Assembly (NCBI GenBank): GCA_964565945.1
Contig: CAZMGY010000033.1
Span: 1 to 32,000 of the forward strand
DNA length: 32,000 nucleotides
From: an uncultured bacterium
Lineage (GTDB): Bacteria; GCA-001730085
Reading direction: 5' to 3'
The notes below the pieces were generated by a model. It had not been told where the DNA came from. It saw nothing but the letters and a program-made list of their open reading frames with translations, and made no database searches. The translations under genes were made by a program, and so were the position numbers. This document shows positions 8,700 to 17,077 of this stretch, in pieces (the stretch's first letter is position 1; each line of letters opens with the position of its first letter).

Positions 8700-9821
8700 C
8701 CAGTCTGGAAGGCTCTAACAGATGTGTAGACTCCAGTTAAGCAACTTTCCCTCAGTTTGGCCATGTCTAATTCGTAGTCACTGGGGCTCATATAGCCCAA
8801 ATGAGAAGGTAACCGAAGGCCGTTATAAAAATATCACTATGTAATTCAAAATATCCTGTTGAGCTTCACTACGAGTCTGATAATGCTTCCACTCTACCCG
8901 TTTCTTTCTTTAGGCTTGCGAAGAAACTCTCCGCAATTACCTCTTACAATTCATGCTGCCGACAAAACCATGCGTGGCAAGCAATCTTTCTGTAAGCCTG
9001 ATGTTGGATAACGTTTTCCTATGGCCATCCAAAGTGCCTTTGTGACAAGCATGGTTTTCATGCGCGAATCCATGCTCCAGCCAACGACTTGACGAAAAAA
9101 AAGAGTTATAAATACCCCAAATACAGCCAACTTTCCTGTGTCCAAATATTGGTTATATCAGAAATATAGGCATGATGCTGTCTGGAGACTTTGGCTAGTA
9201 ACTTTGTACTTTTTCCGAGCACGGACTTTAACCCTCGATTCACGCATCAATCAACGAGTTTTGTAGCACCCAACCGAATAGTCCAGCGAATTGAGTACAG
9301 ACTTCATTCCTCGAGATCCATAGCTACTACTTGTTGCTTGAGCTGTTTTTTTGATGATTTTTCGCATAGAATCCCTTTCAAAATCGGAATCCCTAGAGAC
9401 TTGCCGTTGGCAATATCCATAGTAAAAATTTCGGCTTACACTCCCAAGCAAGCGATACATTGGTTCGACGGCCAAGGCCTTACTTCTACTGGTTAATAAA
9501 CGTCTATTTCATCGCGTTTCCTTCGCGAAGAAGACCGTCGCTTTTTTTTAAGATTTCTTTCTCCATTCTTAGTCGCTTAACTTCTTATTTCAGACACCGT
9601 AATTCTGTTTGATCAGGTGTTAGTCTGCCATTGCCACCAGATAAAGGTTTGCTGAAATACCCAGCTTCCAATTACCTATAGCCTTGCTCTAAAACAAGGT
9701 CTATCGCATCCAATTTGAACTCCTTCGAATATTTTTTTCTTCTATCCATTTGTTGCCCCCAGTTTTTGACTATTATGCCTTAACTGGAATGTACACATCC
9801 ATTAGACCATTCCACATCTGG
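8700..9821 (-). mobile_element. IS3-family insertion sequence, degenerate (orfA/orfB pseudogenised)
   Basis: Imperfect terminal inverted repeats of about 42 nt (8700-8742 vs 9778-9821, about 34/43 matches, core TTAACTGGA.T.TACACATC). orfA starts at ATG 9749: MDRRKKYSKEFKLDAIDLVLEQGY...LTPDQTELRCLK[TAA]EVKRLRMEKEILKK. An A8G run at 9541-9550 sits where IS3 elements carry the -1 slippery site. orfB motifs are present: MK*TFINQ, VEPMYRLLG.VSR..YYGY, YGSRGM, FFRQVVGWSMDSRMKTMLVTKAL, AESFFASLKKE, FYNGLRLPSHLGYMSPSDYE. They are scattered over all three frames with TAA, TAG and TGA stops. Confidence 0.8.
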
Positions 9822-9903
9822 CTGTTGTTCCTGCAGCAAAATGTTCCATTAATCATACTTATTTATGCCAACTTCATCTGCTCTTTCTCATGATGTCCTT
9901 TAT

Positions 9904-9934
9904 AAAAAGAAAGCCCCGCAGTTTCCTGCGAGGC
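9904..9934 (-). terminator. Rho-independent terminator (orphaned original terminator of tRNA-Glu?)
   Basis: Minus-strand RNA reads GCCUCGCAG-GAAA-CUGCGGGGC, a 9-bp stem with one U-G pair. The same position is a C-A mismatch on the plus strand. It is followed by UUUCUUUUUA. It lies about 50 nt downstream of the displaced tRNA-Glu 3' fragment. Confidence 0.5.
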
Positions 9935-9978
9935 TAATATGCCAGATCAAGGCAAATCATGTTTGCCTAAGCATCAAT

Positions 9979-10005
9979 TTTGACATCCCCAAGGGGATTC
10001 GAACC
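9979..10005. repeat. att-like direct repeat: displaced 3' fragment of tRNA-Glu (left island boundary)
   Basis: TTTGaCATCCCCAAGGGGATTCGAACC matches 14701-14727 (TTTGgCATCCCCAAGGGGATTCGAACC) at 26/27 positions, with 22 contiguous identities at 9984-10005. Confidence 0.8.
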
Positions 10006-10077
10006 ACATTAGAAAAACCTTTAAACATCCGCATTAAATAAGGCTTTACAGCCTAAATCCACTATTCTCAAAGCATT

Positions 10078-12333
10078 TTAACCTAAACTTCCATACAAAA
10101 AATCTGGTCCTTGATCTCCTGAGATAATATCATTTCCTGTGCCGCCATTTATATAGAATCATTGCCTTCTCCACCACTGAGAGTATCATTTCCGCTGCTT
10201 GTCCAAAGAACATCATCTCCTGCCTCGCCATTAACTTCAATATCACCTACTGCATATATTTTTGAGGTTAAATCTACAACATCATTACCTTCGCCTGCAT
10301 CTATTTTTTCAACATCTATAATTCTGCCACCCGCTTGTGGGGTCGGACTATATCTATCATCTAAGAATATTGCATCTGCTTCGTCTGTTAATTTGATTAC
10401 ATCTTCACCTGTCCCGCCATCTATAACATCATAATTTCTAAATCTCGGCATCACAGCTACTCTTTCGCCATTGATTATATGTATCAGGACTTCCAACATT
10501 CCATGCTACCCAGCTCACTTCCCCATGAACTATCACCGCTATAACTTAAAGTATCGTCTCCTGGCGCCTCCTTGAAGCAAATCGGATCCTAAGCCACCCT
10601 CAATTGTATCATTACAATCTCCACCAATTAAAATATCATTTCCTGCCATACCGCTTATATAATCATTTCCTGTATTACCTTCAATCTTTCCGTTTACAAC
10701 TAAATTAAATATTATAGATACTTGCTCTTGTCCATCATTTGCCTGTATTTGAATATTTAAGTTAGAGGAATCCTCATTAGCAGGCGTCCCGGAAAATATT
10801 CCTATAGACTCATCAAAACTAATCCAACTAGGCAAAGGCTGTCCATCTAAAGTTGCACTATATGCTAAATTATCACCAGCTATATCACTAAATTTATTTG
10901 AAATATCCAAGATAAATTCTTAACCGCTTTGTATTTCTTGATTATCAATAGTGCTTGCTAAAACAGGTGCATCATTAACTGCATTCACCGTTATTATTAA
11001 CTCTTTTGTTATTTCCCCACCATTGCTGTCTGATATTGTATAAGAAATTTTATCTTCTCCATTAAAATCCTTATTAGGATTATATTGGATTTGATTATCG
11101 ACTATTTGTACAGTTCCATATTGCGCAGCTGTTACATTAACTAAAGTCAAGCATCTCCATCAACATCTGTAGCGCCTGCAAGCACATCAAATTGCACTAT
11201 ATTATCTTCTGTTGCTTCTGCTGTTATCATTGAGCTTTGTGGATTATCATTTACTGCATCTATAGTTATAACCAAGCTTTTTGTTATTTCTCCGCCATTG
11301 CCATCACTTCTTATTTCTGCTCCATTATAATTTTCATTTGGAGTATATTGAATTTTACCATCTACAATTTCTAAACTTCCATTTGAAGCTTCGGAAACAT
11401 TACTTATTGATAAAGTATCTCCATCAATATCACTTGCTCCTGACAATACATCAATTGTTATTGGAGTATCTTCAGTTGTTTGAGCTTCAACCACAGTTGC
11501 AGTTGGAATATCATTTACTGAGCTTATATTTATTGTAATAATTTGAGTTACTTGACCGCCATTATTATATTATCTTCTACTGTTGAACTATTTATTATCG
11601 TTGCTATTGGCATATCGTTTACTGAATCAACAGTTAAAGTTATTGTTTGATTTATCTCTGCTCCATCATTATCAACTAATTTGAAATTAATTACTTCTTC
11701 TCCATTAAAATTTTTATTTGGAATATATACTATATGACCATCTACAACTTCTGCATTACCATTAGATGCGCCAGTAATATCAATTATTTTAGGCTTACCG
11801 TCTTCTCTATCAGATGCATTCGATAAAATATCTATTTCTATAAAACCATCTTCATTTAATTGATAAGAAGTTTGAATCAAATTTATCACAGGAAAATCAT
11901 TTTCAGAATTAACAGTTATCTTTATTTCTCCTGTATTTTTCTTCCCTTGTCCATTATCAACTTCATAAGTTAAATATTCTATTCCTTTAAAATTTTCATT
12001 AGGGATATAAATAACATTTCCATTATTATCATAATTAACAATTCCATTTTCAGCACTACTAATATTTATTATTGCATTTCCCTCAATATCGCTATCATTA
12101 CTTAAAATATTAAAACTTAATTGATTATCTTCATCAACTACTGCTTCATCATTAACTACAATAGGATCATGTACTTTAAAAACAAAATTTTCAGAAATTA
12201 AATTAACTGAATTAGTATTTTTTAATTTTATCATCTGCCCATCACCTAAATCTATCTTGTTTATCAAAACATCAAACTTTATATCTTCGATAACAGGATA
12301 TGAGTATGTTGCATATACATCAAAATCAGCCAT
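10078..12333 (-). pseudogene. cadherin-like tandem-repeat / RTX calcium-binding protein (adhesin or tail-fibre-like), disrupted
   Basis: At least four ~95-aa repeats (..TEDT.I.IDVL.NASD.DGD.L.I.....NG...VDG.I.Y.PN.NFNGE..I.Y...D.NGGE..K...ITV..VND.P). One dystroglycan-type cadherin-like/He_PIG segment (LAYSATLDGQPLPSWISFDESIGIFSGTPANED). RTX nonapeptides (GNTGNDYISGMAGNDILIGGDCNDTIEGGLGSDLLQGG, GGEGND, GGTGNDIISGDQGPDFLYG). Lesions: an out-of-frame internal deletion near 11548-11560, a 1-nt frameshift near 11147-11152, an in-frame TAA at 10920-10922, at least two frameshifts at 10500-10570, and a frameshift near 10146-10152. The final stop is at 10078-10080. Confidence 0.8.
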
Positions 12334-13641
12334 TTTTTATTGCCTTTCTTATCATACCGTTATTCATAAAATCATCAGCAACCGAATTTATCACAAATCT
12401 TCTATTCTGATCACTTACAATAACCTTTATGGTTTCTTCGCTTACAACTCTGTCGTCAATTATTACTACTTGAATATTGATATTTGCAGGACTACCTGCT
12501 TGATTTTGACCTGCATTATAATCCTGTGTTTCACGCCTGTTTAAAACACGTTCTCCTGTTGGAGCAAGTATTGGAACTTCATCCAGTCTTTTTTTCCCAA
12601 GATATCCATTATGAGCTTTGATATTTACAGGATGAACCATCCCTCCTTGATGAAAAGTCGATACTCCAAAAAATCCATCAATAGCAGACTGTAATCCCAA
12701 ATCCTACATCATAGAACCTGCCATTGCATTTGAGATACTTCTTAACATTGCATCTCCAAAGGACCTTAAAATATCTTTGGCACTCCTCATCTTATTTGTA
12801 AACGCATCATAAAAAATATCTGAAAAAGCATTAGGCATATTAGTAAATGTATCTTTTGCAAGATCTCTCATTGCATTAAATTCTTTTTCTGCATTCTTTC
12901 TAATCCTTGTCGTAATATGCTCTTTTTGATCTGCCTACCATTGATCTACTTTTGCAAGATCTGCTCCATGTTCAATATATTGTTCCCTCATCTTTTCAAG
13001 ATTCTTTAATTGAGTTTCAGGTAATCTGTCATGATATTTTTTCCAACTCTTTTCCCATTCAATTAAAACCTTATCTATTTTTGGGAGTTCTTTCTGCATA
13101 TCTTCTTTCATCTGTTTTATTGTTTTTGAACTCTTGTTTTGCTTTGTTTATCAAGAAAATTTAAAACATTCTCATCAACATAAATATCCATCTTTTTCAT
13201 TGCAATAACTGTTTGAGCCAATTCCTGCTGTAACTCTTCAAGTTTTTTTCTATTTCTATTACCAACCGAATCAAAAAACTTATTTATTGCTTTAGTAAAA
13301 AAGTTTGTTGAAGTAACTAAACTTTTAATTTTTTCCTTTAGTTTCTCCATTTTTGTAATAAGCAATCCTTTCCTAAAACAAGAAAGAGATTCTGCCATTG
13401 CTCTAAATCTATCTGCAACCTGTGTTAAATCATTAGATTGTGTTATAAATAATAAAAATTCATTTTTAGCCTCAATTAATGATGCAGAAATTATTTGCAG
13501 ATTTTCCGCATTGCTTCTATATGAAGTGTTTACTCTTGAAGTGATATCTTCACCTCTTTCAAGAACCTCATTAAAAAAATCCTGTTTCTTTTCTGCATCT
13601 GTTAATTGATTTGCAGTTTTACCAATCTTATCTGCATAGCG
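12326..13641 (-). pseudogene. phage tail tape-measure protein remnant (N-terminally truncated, disrupted)
   Basis: Hand translation gives RYADKIGKTANQLTDAEKKQDFFNEVLERGEDITSRV..., long coiled-coil-like K/E-rich segments, and a C-terminal FHQGGMVHP...LDEVPILAPTGERVLNRRET motif typical of TMPs. In-frame TAG at 12935-12937 and 12704-12706. Frameshift near 13117-13140. There is no start codon and the frame opens at a deletion junction. The stop overlaps the next gene's start (ATGGCTGA at 12326-12333). Confidence 0.7.
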
Positions 13642-13649
13642 TTACGTAA

Positions 13650-14621
13650 GCATCTTTTGCAAATACAATAATACCCCTCAGAGAAAGCTTAGAAACAGAT
13701 ATTAAAAAAGTTGCTAAATATAAAGAAGCTAAAATTTTAAAAGAAAAAGAAGAAAGTGGCATTCCCCTTTCTTTAAAAAATTAAACTTAATCGATACTCT
13801 TAATGAATATCTCAATATAACATCTATGTATAAAGAAAAAATAACACATGAAAAAGACAAAGTTCGTTTAACAAAGTTTGCAAATGAAATCAATATTAGA
13901 GATCTCAATAAAGTTACAAAAAAACATATTGAAAATTATATACATAAACGTATAAAAAAAGATAAACTTAAACCTCGCACAGTCAAGCATCACATCTCTA
14001 TCATTAGAACATTTTACAATTGGTATATTTCCAGAAAATATATTAATACAAACCCTGCAAAGGAAGTGAAAACATTTAAAGTTGAAAAAATCCCCCTAAA
14101 TTTTTAAATAAAGAAGAAATCAACTTATTATTAGAAACAGCCCTGGAATCACATCTTTATCCTATGATAGCCTGTGCAATTTATACAGGAATACGTGTTG
14201 GTGAACTTCTAAGACTTGAATAGAAAGATGTTGATTTTAATAGAAAACAAATTCTGGTAGAAAACAAAGTTTATAAATCTACAAAATCCAAAAAATTCAG
14301 AATTATACCAATACACCCTGCACTGGAACAAATTCTTATAACAAAGAAAAAGAAAAAAGGATTATGCTTTTTAACATAAAATGACAAACCCTATAAAGAT
14401 ATTCCTAGAGATTCTTTTTATCCTATCTTTAAAAAAGCAAATATAAAAAAACAGGCTGACATATATTAAGATATACTTTTGCCAGCCATCTCGCAACAGA
14501 ATCTAAAGATTTAAAAATTGTACAAGAATTATTAGGTCATAGTGATATAAGAACTACAATGATTTACGCCCACCTTATCCAAGAAAAAGCTGAAGAAGCT
14601 ATCAAAATATTAAATTTCTAA
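13650..14621 (+). pseudogene. tyrosine recombinase / phage integrase, disrupted
   Basis: SAM-like N-domain (TVKHHISIIRTFYNWYISRKYINTNPA) and catalytic domain (IYTGIRVGELLRLE[TAG]KDVDF...; [12 protein letters not shown]...; [16 protein letters not shown], carrying the R..H.LR..Y signature residues). Frameshifts at homopolymers near 14085-14105 and at the A7 run 14445-14451. In-frame TAG at 14221-14223, a TAA in the stretch LCFLT*NDKPY, and TGA at 14457-14459. The N-terminus is missing. The gene abuts tRNA-Glu. Confidence 0.85.
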
Positions 14622-14659
14622 TAAAAATCAAAAAAAGTGGGCACAAGGCTAAAATAGAA

Positions 14660-14696
14660 AAAACCTAAGTCTTTATATTTCAAAGACTTAGGTTTT
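14660..14696. terminator. perfect 15-bp-stem hairpin, potentially a bidirectional terminator
   Basis: AAAACCTAAGTCTTT-ATATTTC-AAAGACTTAGGTTTT. T-runs follow it on both strands. It lies between the integrase stop and the 3' end of tRNA-Glu. Confidence 0.6.
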
Positions 14697-14700
14697 TATA

Positions 14701-14727
14701 TTTGGCATCCCCAAGGGGATTCGAACC
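14701..14727. repeat. att-like direct repeat inside the intact tRNA-Glu 3' end (right island boundary)
   Basis: Partner of 9979-10005, with 26/27 identity. Confidence 0.8.
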
Positions 14728-14780
14728 CCTGTTTTCGAGATGAAAACCCGATGTCCTAAACCTAACTAGACGATGGGGAC
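14703..14780 (-). tRNA. tRNA-Glu (anticodon UUC), CCA encoded
   Basis: Minus strand reads GTCCCCATCGTCTAGTTAGGTTTAGGACATCGGGTTTTCATCTCGAAAACAGGGGTTCGAATCCCCTTGGGGATGCCA (78 nt). Anticodon arm TCGGG-TTTTCAT-CTCGA. The architecture closely parallels E. coli tRNA-Glu as I recall it. Confidence 0.9.
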
Positions 14781-14794
14781 GCAAATATTATCTT

Positions 14795-14868
14795 TGAGGG
14801 CAGAAGGACTCGAACCTTCGACATTCACCTTAAAAGAGTGTTGCTCTAACCTACTGAGCTATGCCCCC
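14795..14868 (-). tRNA. tRNA-Lys (anticodon UUU), no encoded CCA
   Basis: Minus strand reads GGGGGCATAGCTCAGTAGGTTAGAGCAACACTCTTTTAAGGTGAATGTCGAAGGTTCGAGTCCTTCTGCCCTCA (74 nt). Anticodon loop CTTTTAA; T arm GAAGG-TTCGAGT-CCTTC. There is one A-A mismatch at the top of the anticodon stem. A sixth C at 14869 leaves a 1-nt ambiguity at the 5' end. Confidence 0.85.
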
Positions 14869-14953
14869 CAAATCTTTAAAAAAGTCTAAAGATGGGACTT
14901 TACATCTAAGCTCTCAAAAATATTGAGATCTTGCATTCTAACAGACTTCGCGA

Positions 14954-15511
14954 CTAAATAGTAGCTAAATCTTTTTCTTTTTTTTCTAAAGCCTCATCAA
15001 TTTTTTTGATAAAACCATCGGTCTGGTTTTGAATTTTTTGCTCTAAATAACGTTGATCATCTTCGGTGATCTTTTTGTCCTTAAAAAGTTTTTTCACTTT
15101 GTCGTTGCCATCACGACGCACAGAACGAATCGCCACACGCGCATCTTCGACCATTTTACGGACAATCTTAATCAAGTCCTTACGACGTTCTTCCGACAAA
15201 AGGGGTACGTTAATCCTAACAGTTTTGCCATCGTTATTAGGCGTTAAGCCAAGCTCCGAAGCCAAAATAGATTTTTCAATCTCTCCGACCAAACCTTGAT
15301 CCCAAGGCTGAATTGTAATCGTCCGTGCTTCGGGAGTACTCACAGTCGCCACTTGACTCATCGGCATAGCCGCACCGTAGCAGTCAACCATAATATTATC
15401 AACCAAAGACGTCGAAGCAATACCAGTGCGAACGGTTGCAATTTCATCATGAAAGGATTGTAAAGATTTCTCCATACGATTTTTCATATCTCCCATTAAT
15501 ACTTCTGGCAT
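14954..15511 (-). CDS. frr: ribosome recycling factor
   Basis: MPEVLMGDMKNRMEKSLQSFHDEIATVRTG...TPNNDGKTVRINVPLLSEERRKDL is classic RRF. I prefer the ATG at 15511, which is preceded by a GGAGA Shine-Dalgarno sequence, over the ORF-track start at 15583, which lies inside pyrH. Confidence 0.93.
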   Translation of the reverse strand: MPEVLMGDMKNRMEKSLQSFHDEIATVRTGIASTSLVDNIMVDCYGAAMPMSQVATVSTPEARTITIQPWDQGLVGEIEKSILASELGLTPNNDGKTVRINVPLLSEERRKDLIKIVRKMVEDARVAIRSVRRDGNDKVKKLFKDKKITEDDQRYLEQKIQNQTDGFIKKIDEALEKKEKDLATI

Positions 15512-15513
15512 AC

Positions 15514-16233
15514 TTAATCTCCTATCACCAACGTTCCTAATTGTTTGCCTTGAATAATCTGTCGGAGCGAGCCTTCTTTCCATAAGTTAAAAACAACAAT
15601 CGGCAAATCATTGTCCATACATAAAGATACGGCCGTCGAATCCATCACTTTCAACTTTTGACTCAATACATCCAAATAACTTAAACTTTCAAATTTTTTC
15701 GCATCCCCATTTTTGACAGGATCCGAATCATAAACACCATCCACCTTAGTTGCTTTAAGCAAAATATCGGCCTTAATTTCCACAGCACGCAAAACCGCAG
15801 CCGTATCCGTCGAAAAATAAGGATTCCCTGTTCCAGCCGCAAAAATGACCACACGTCCTTTTTCCAAATGACGCATGGCACGACGACGGATGTAAGGCTC
15901 AGCCAATTTATCAAGGCTAATCGCACTAAGAACCCGCGTGGGCACATCCATATTTTCGAGTGCATTTTGCAAGGCCATGGCGTTAATCAGCGTCGCCAAC
16001 ATACCCATATAATCAGCGGTGCAACGTTCAATACCACCTTCGCTCGCCGTAATACCGCGAATGATATTGCCACCACCAACAACAATCGCTAAATCAAGTC
16101 CATAGGAATGAATTTCTTTGATTTGCTCCGAGACGTCTAAGACCGCTTGAGGATTAACACCATACGAATCTCCTTGTAAAGCTTCTCCACTGAGTTTTAG
16201 CAAGACTCTTTTGTATGGACTCAAGTTCCCCAA
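15514..16233 (-). CDS. pyrH: UMP kinase
   Basis: [12 protein letters not shown]...[10 protein letters not shown]...[20 protein letters not shown] motifs. TTG start at 16233, 5 nt downstream of AAGGAGA. Confidence 0.93.
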   Translation of the reverse strand: MGNLSPYKRVLLKLSGEALQGDSYGVNPQAVLDVSEQIKEIHSYGLDLAIVVGGGNIIRGITASEGGIERCTADYMGMLATLINAMALQNALENMDVPTRVLSAISLDKLAEPYIRRRAMRHLEKGRVVIFAAGTGNPYFSTDTAAVLRAVEIKADILLKATKVDGVYDSDPVKNGDAKKFESLSYLDVLSQKLKVMDSTAVSLCMDNDLPIVVFNLWKEGSLRQIIQGKQLGTLVIGD

Positions 16234-16255
16234 AACAATCTCCTTCGATTTAGAA

Positions 16256-17074
16256 TTAAGTGCCTAGTTGAAAACGCACAAAACGACGGATCGTCAAAGA
16301 GCCAAGAACGTCTTTGATTTTGCGATCTGGATCTTTGATAAAGCCTTGCTCCATCAAACAATTATCCGCAAAATACTTCTCAAGTTTTCCATTTAAAATC
16401 TTTTCCAAAATCTCGGCAGGTTTATTTTCATTTTGAGCCGAAACAACGTCTTTTTCTTTTTCAAGAACTTCGTTAGAAATCTCATCACGTTGTAAATAAG
16501 TAGGATTAGATGCCACAATGTGCATGCAAACATCTTTCAACGTTTCTTCGGCGCCCTCGGCAAAACCTTCTACGTCAATCAAAACGCCAATCTTACCGCC
16601 CATATGAATATAAGATCCAACCAAACCATTATTCGCATCAAAACGAGACGCTCTGGCAAAGTTTAAGTTTTCTCCTAAAGTTATCACGGACTCTTTAACC
16701 AAAGTGCTAACCGCATCTAACAACCTGCCCGTTTGCAAAAGACCCTCTGCATCAAACTGAGAAGCATCGCCCGTCACAACAGCTTCGACCACTTTTTGCG
16801 TCAATTCAACAAAAGCTTCGTTACGCGCAACAAAATCTGTTTCACAGTTAACTTCAACAATCACGCCAGTTTGACCATTGGCCACAACCATAGCTGTGAT
16901 CAAACCTTCATTGGCATCGCGATCCGCTTTTTTGGCCGCTTTGACAATTCCTTTTTTGCGCAAGATCTGCACGGCTTCTTCTAAATCACCATCAGCTTCA
17001 GTCAAAGCTTTTTTACAATCCATCATCCCTGCATTGGTTTTATTTCTTAATTCTTTAACAAGTGTCACATTCAT
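16256..17074 (-). CDS. tsf: translation elongation factor Ts
   Basis: N-terminal UBA-like [37 protein letters not shown], followed by the EF-Ts dimerisation core. Confidence 0.95.
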   Translation of the reverse strand: MNVTLVKELRNKTNAGMMDCKKALTEADGDLEEAVQILRKKGIVKAAKKADRDANEGLITAMVVANGQTGVIVEVNCETDFVARNEAFVELTQKVVEAVVTGDASQFDAEGLLQTGRLLDAVSTLVKESVITLGENLNFARASRFDANNGLVGSYIHMGGKIGVLIDVEGFAEGAEETLKDVCMHIVASNPTYLQRDEISNEVLEKEKDVVSAQNENKPAEILEKILNGKLEKYFADNCLMEQGFIKDPDRKIKDVLGSLTIRRFVRFQLGT

Positions 17075-17077
17075 AAA

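Noticed and set aside
10100-12300. Periodic repeats that could be mistaken for a CRISPR array or satellite.
   Set aside because: The period is about 285 nt, the units are divergent, and they translate into cadherin-like protein repeats. There is no short conserved repeat with unique spacers.
10078-13641. Diversity-generating retroelement targeting the tail-fibre-like gene.
   Set aside because: The window contains no reverse-transcriptase ORF, no template/variable repeat pair with A-specific differences, and no C-type-lectin fold signature.
10078-14621. In-frame TAG, TAA and TGA codons in the phage-like genes as evidence of stop-codon reassignment (recoded phage).
   Set aside because: All three stop codons occur in-frame, together with many frameshifts, an out-of-frame internal deletion and two N-terminal truncations. 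No single reassignment restores any of the genes. Pseudogene decay explains everything.
15512-15583. Long frr start at 15583, overlapping pyrH by 70 nt.
   Set aside because: The extension ([24 protein letters not shown]) is not RRF-like. The ATG at 15511 has a GGAGA Shine-Dalgarno sequence and gives a canonical N-terminus.
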